A DNA stretch of 64,000 bases from Octopus bimaculoides (lineage: Eukaryota), in assembly GCF_001194135.2 (NCBI RefSeq), contig NC_068987.1, positions 3,047,234 to 3,111,233 of the forward strand. The letters are read 5' to 3'. Shown here one piece after another: positions 60,804-64,000 of this stretch. Every line of letters begins with the position of its first letter. Within the stretch, counting starts at the first letter, position 1. The translations under genes were made by a program, and so were the position numbers. A model generated the notes under the pieces. The model was not told where the DNA came from. It worked only from the letters and a program-made list of their open reading frames with translations, and made no database searches.

Positions 60804-60830
<27 letters not shown>
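60645..60830 (+). mobile_element. SINE family B 5' half, well conserved
   Basis: GGAGTGGCTGTGTGGTAAGTAGC...GGCACCTTGGGCAAGTGTC...GAAAGAAGCCCGTCG followed directly by (TA)n. Confidence 0.9.
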
Positions 60831-60846
<16 letters not shown>

Positions 60847-60972
60847 TGCCTTACTGGCACTTGTGCTGGTGGCATGTGAACAAAACATTGGACTCACTCC
60901 TGTGTATATTATGTAGAAAGATGATGGCTGAATGTGATTGTAAGAAGTATGGTGTTGCATGACAGTGAAACA

Positions 60973-61202
60973 TTAAACCTTTCACATTCAGATTACTCTA
61001 TCAGACGTAATTATTTTATTTATTCACTTTGTGTTTCAGTTAATCATGCATTGTCTCAGAATTTCAAGATTTCAACATTCTAATTGTTTATATTTAGAAT
61101 GACATTGCAGGATAGGTGTGAGAAGTTGGACCTGGCTGGTTTGAACATAAAACAAATACAATATTTGGACCGGATCTGGCTGGTTTAAATGCAAAGGGTT
61201 AG
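60973..61202. mobile_element. piggyBac-type MITE, same family as 32673-32871
   Basis: TTAA-ACCTTT ... AAATGCAAAGGG-TTAG ends; shared internal TTAATCATGCATT and GATCTGGCTGGTTT. Confidence 0.7.
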
Positions 61203-61689
61203 ATATTTGTAATAACTGTGTTGGAAATAGTTAAATGAGATTCACTGGATTGTAACGATGCTCTCTCTCCATGCGCACACTAGTGTTGTAAAAAACAATA
61301 TATTTCCGAATATATGAAGCTGCTGAAATTTGTCAAGCATTTAAGAAGATATTGTTTATTGCTCAAGCTGTCTTCTAGAAAATTTCTGAAATAAATAAGT
61401 CAAAAGAAACAATAAAGTAAATAATAAATTGAAAATGTTGCTTTTATTTATCTGTCCATTATCAGAGGTTTCATCTTATTTACTTATCTAATGTTTTAGA
61501 TCTTGTTACATAGTTTTATAGTCAGACACATCTCTACCTGACACGATCTTTAAATATTTATTAAACTCCAACAGTCTTTACATCTATTATGAAAACATCA
61601 AGCATAAAGTATGCAGTCTTTTTGGGAGAGCAGTTTTTAAGGGTCTTTTCTCAGAAAGCGTCTGCAACTTGTCTTAAAATTTTTGAGTT

Positions 61690-61865
61690 GGTTGGTTTGA
61701 CAGGAACTGGTAAGCCAAAGAGCTGCACCAGGCACCAACTGTCAGCCCTTGCAAGATTTCTACAGCTGCATGCCCTTCCAAATGCCAACCACTTTACAAA
61801 ATGTACTGGGTGCTTTTTACATGGCACCAGCCTGTAAAAGAAGCACCCAGTACACTCTGTAAATA
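61690..61865 (-). mobile_element. SINE family C copy
   Basis: TTCTACAGCTGCATGCCCTTCC...GGGTGCTTTTTAC. Confidence 0.8.
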
Positions 61866-62872
61866 CACGGAATCTGTTTCTTTTCTGTTTAATTTCTGGA
61901 TCGTCTGGCATTAATAAACATTTTATTCACAGATTTTAGTAAAGTTTTTTTCCATACAAATCAACCCCATTTTTTATGTACCATCTTTAATAAAGACAGT
62001 TGCAGCTTTTCAGCACAGTTTCATTACTATGTCAACATGTGTGTGTGTGTGCGCACATGCATGCACGTGTGTGTGTGTGTGTGTTTCAGACTTTATCGCA
62101 CTCAACCCTAAGTGTTCATCATACAAGATCTATAATAAAATTAGCTCAGTCTCCCAATATTGTGAACGAGTTTATTGCCCTAATGTTTAAAAGTTTTGTA
62201 CTTTTTCAATAAATCGCTGTTAATATTGCTCCACTGAGCACATTAAAATGTCTGGTAACAATATAAGCTCACTTTTGCTCCACAGAAAAGCTTTATGATC
62301 TGACTGTGAATGCTCTATTACACTGTTATTAGTGAAAAGAATGTCTGTATTTCTGAAGTAATTGTTCAAACAAGACCCAAGATGTATTCACTTTTTACTC
62401 TAATGAACCCTTGTCATGCTATTTCCCTATAATTCAAGTAACATGTGGCTAATGATGGTTTGTTACTTCAATATATTCATTGTTCTCTATATATTTTCTT
62501 CAATTCTTAAGAGAGATACTAATATATATCGGAGATGGTGGTGAGGACATTGTAAATAGCAAAGATGTTGATGAAGTGTGACAGAAATATTGAACGGCTT
62601 TTAAACTAATGACTTATATTTCCAGCTAAAATTGATGTTGAAAATAAAAGATAAAAAGTTGGCTCAAATTATTGGCATCATTATTCTGACATAAAAATAC
62701 TTTATTTATTGGCATTGGTGTTTGGTTAAGACTTTTGATTTGCAGCCGCATGGTTCTAGATTTGATCCTGCTATGCAGTACCTTGGGTAAGTGTCGCCTA
62801 CCAAAGCCAAAGCTTTAGGTTCACTTATGTCTTGTTGCTGGAGTTTGGTAGATGGAAACTCTACAGAAGTTC

Positions 62873-62905
<33 letters not shown>

Positions 62906-63577
62906 ATAGCAGTGTAGATACAGAATTAATTTCACAACGGCATGGTTTTGGGCTCTTTTCCACTGTGTGGCATCTTGGGTGAGTGGCTTGGGTTGAACAC
63001 TGCCTTATGAATGGATAATTGGTAGATAGAAACTGTGTGGAAGCTTGATGGTTGTGTGTGTGTGTGTATTGACAGTCCATGTCTTCATGTAGCACTGTCT
63101 GAAAAAGTGATGTCATGTCTACATTTTTTGTAAGAGTGATTTTGAGCATCAATAGAATTTTTTTAAAAACCCTTCCTTCCTTGTGAGTAATTGGAAGGTC
63201 ATCTGACCATAAAATACTGCCTTAGATTTGTCTGTCCAACCGATGCTTGCATAGAAACTGAATTTAAAATGAACTGGAATATTTACTAATGAATGCCATC
63301 CATGCAATACTAATGTTTATTAAAACACACCATAGTAAACTTTAACTTTGCTTCGACTTAGAATTTACCTGAGGGAGAGGGTTCAATGCAGTGGGGACGT
63401 TTTATGATGTAGGGGTCTCAATAAAATAGGTACCAGTTGTTGACAGGTATATTATTATACCTTTAATCAAGAGTAATCTTCTTCTTCCCATCTTTTTCTT
63501 GTGCATTCTCCTCTAATTATTGTTTCAGGAATTTTCTATATTAAAAAAAAACTTATGTTGTTTTTCTTATTTTCCAG

Positions 63578-63765
63578 ATCCAAGAGTTGCTGACTGGTTC
63601 ATGATGGCAACCCCTTGGCCTGCATTCTTCTTGTGTGTCTTCTATGTTTCTTCTGTCAAGATTGGAATTGGTATAATGGCCAAACGGAAACCGTTTGAAA
63701 TAAGGAAAATTTTAGTAGTCTACAATATATTTATGATGTTTCTCTCTGGCTATGTATTTGTCGAA
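63578..63765 (+). CDS. ELOVL: Internal coding exon of an elongation-of-very-long-chain-fatty-acids protein (ELOVL family; ELOVL4 or ELOVL1/7-like, subfamily unresolved)
   Basis: Polypyrimidine tract plus CAG acceptor (AG at 63576-77), phase-1 start, GTAAGA donor at 63766. Translates (D)PRVADWFMMATPWPAFFLCVFYVSSVKIGIGIMAKRKPFEIRKILVVYNIFMMFLSGYVFVE, matching the ELOVL N-terminal pattern DPRVxxWxxMxSPxP...MxxRxPF...YN...E. The 188-nt length and phase 1/0 boundaries agree with my recollection of the orthologous vertebrate ELOVL4 exon. Confidence 0.93.
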
Positions 63766-64000
63766 GTAAGAACTCATTTTTTCTTCTTTGTTCAATATTT
63801 TATTCTGTTTTTGGATGAGGCCCCTTTATTCTGTTCCCTATCACCAGATATGAGACAAATATATTTAAATGAGAGCCTCACCATAAAGAACACCAACTTT
63901 CATCCACTTGCTCCCTCTTATATTTGCCATTAACTACCTTATTTTATAGCTGGTGATTGGAAATGAATGAGACACTCAGACATTTGTATTGCATCCTACA

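Noticed and set aside
63520-63933. 137-aa ORF as a complete gene
   Set aside because: Only 63578-63765 is ELOVL-like; the flanks are intronic read-through past canonical splice sites.

Overview
AT-rich eukaryotic genomic DNA with scaffold gaps and a very heavy microsatellite and transposon load. The SINE repertoire looks cephalopod, probably Octopus (inference from recalled repeat families). Only one host coding exon is well supported: a 188-nt exon of a fatty-acid elongase (ELOVL family) at 63578-63765 (+). Most of the window is therefore probably upstream or intronic to that gene, with a CpG-rich island at about 24.3-24.6 kb as a candidate promoter. The rest is fossil mobile DNA: four tRNA-derived SINE families (called A-D here), RTE LINE fragments, R4/Dong-type restriction-like-endonuclease retrotransposon fragments, four Penelope-like element (PLE) coding fragments, two maT/mariner copies, hAT and piggyBac-type MITEs, a foldback element and several compound minisatellites. 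The most interesting signal is a repeated ~220-bp module: tRNA-like Pol III head (A/B boxes), then (AAT)n, then a minimal hammerhead ribozyme (CTGATGA-stem II-GAAAC-GTT), then an AT-rich tail. It occurs as free SINE-like copies and in inverted pairs. The same head sits 29 nt after the stop codon of a PLE GIY-YIG ORF, and one copy is split by a Dong-like insertion in its (AAT)n tract. This suggests a Penelope pLTR that captured a tRNA promoter, or a PLE-mobilised ribozyme-bearing SINE. All assignments were made by eye without database searches; repeat boundaries are approximate unless exact junctions are given.
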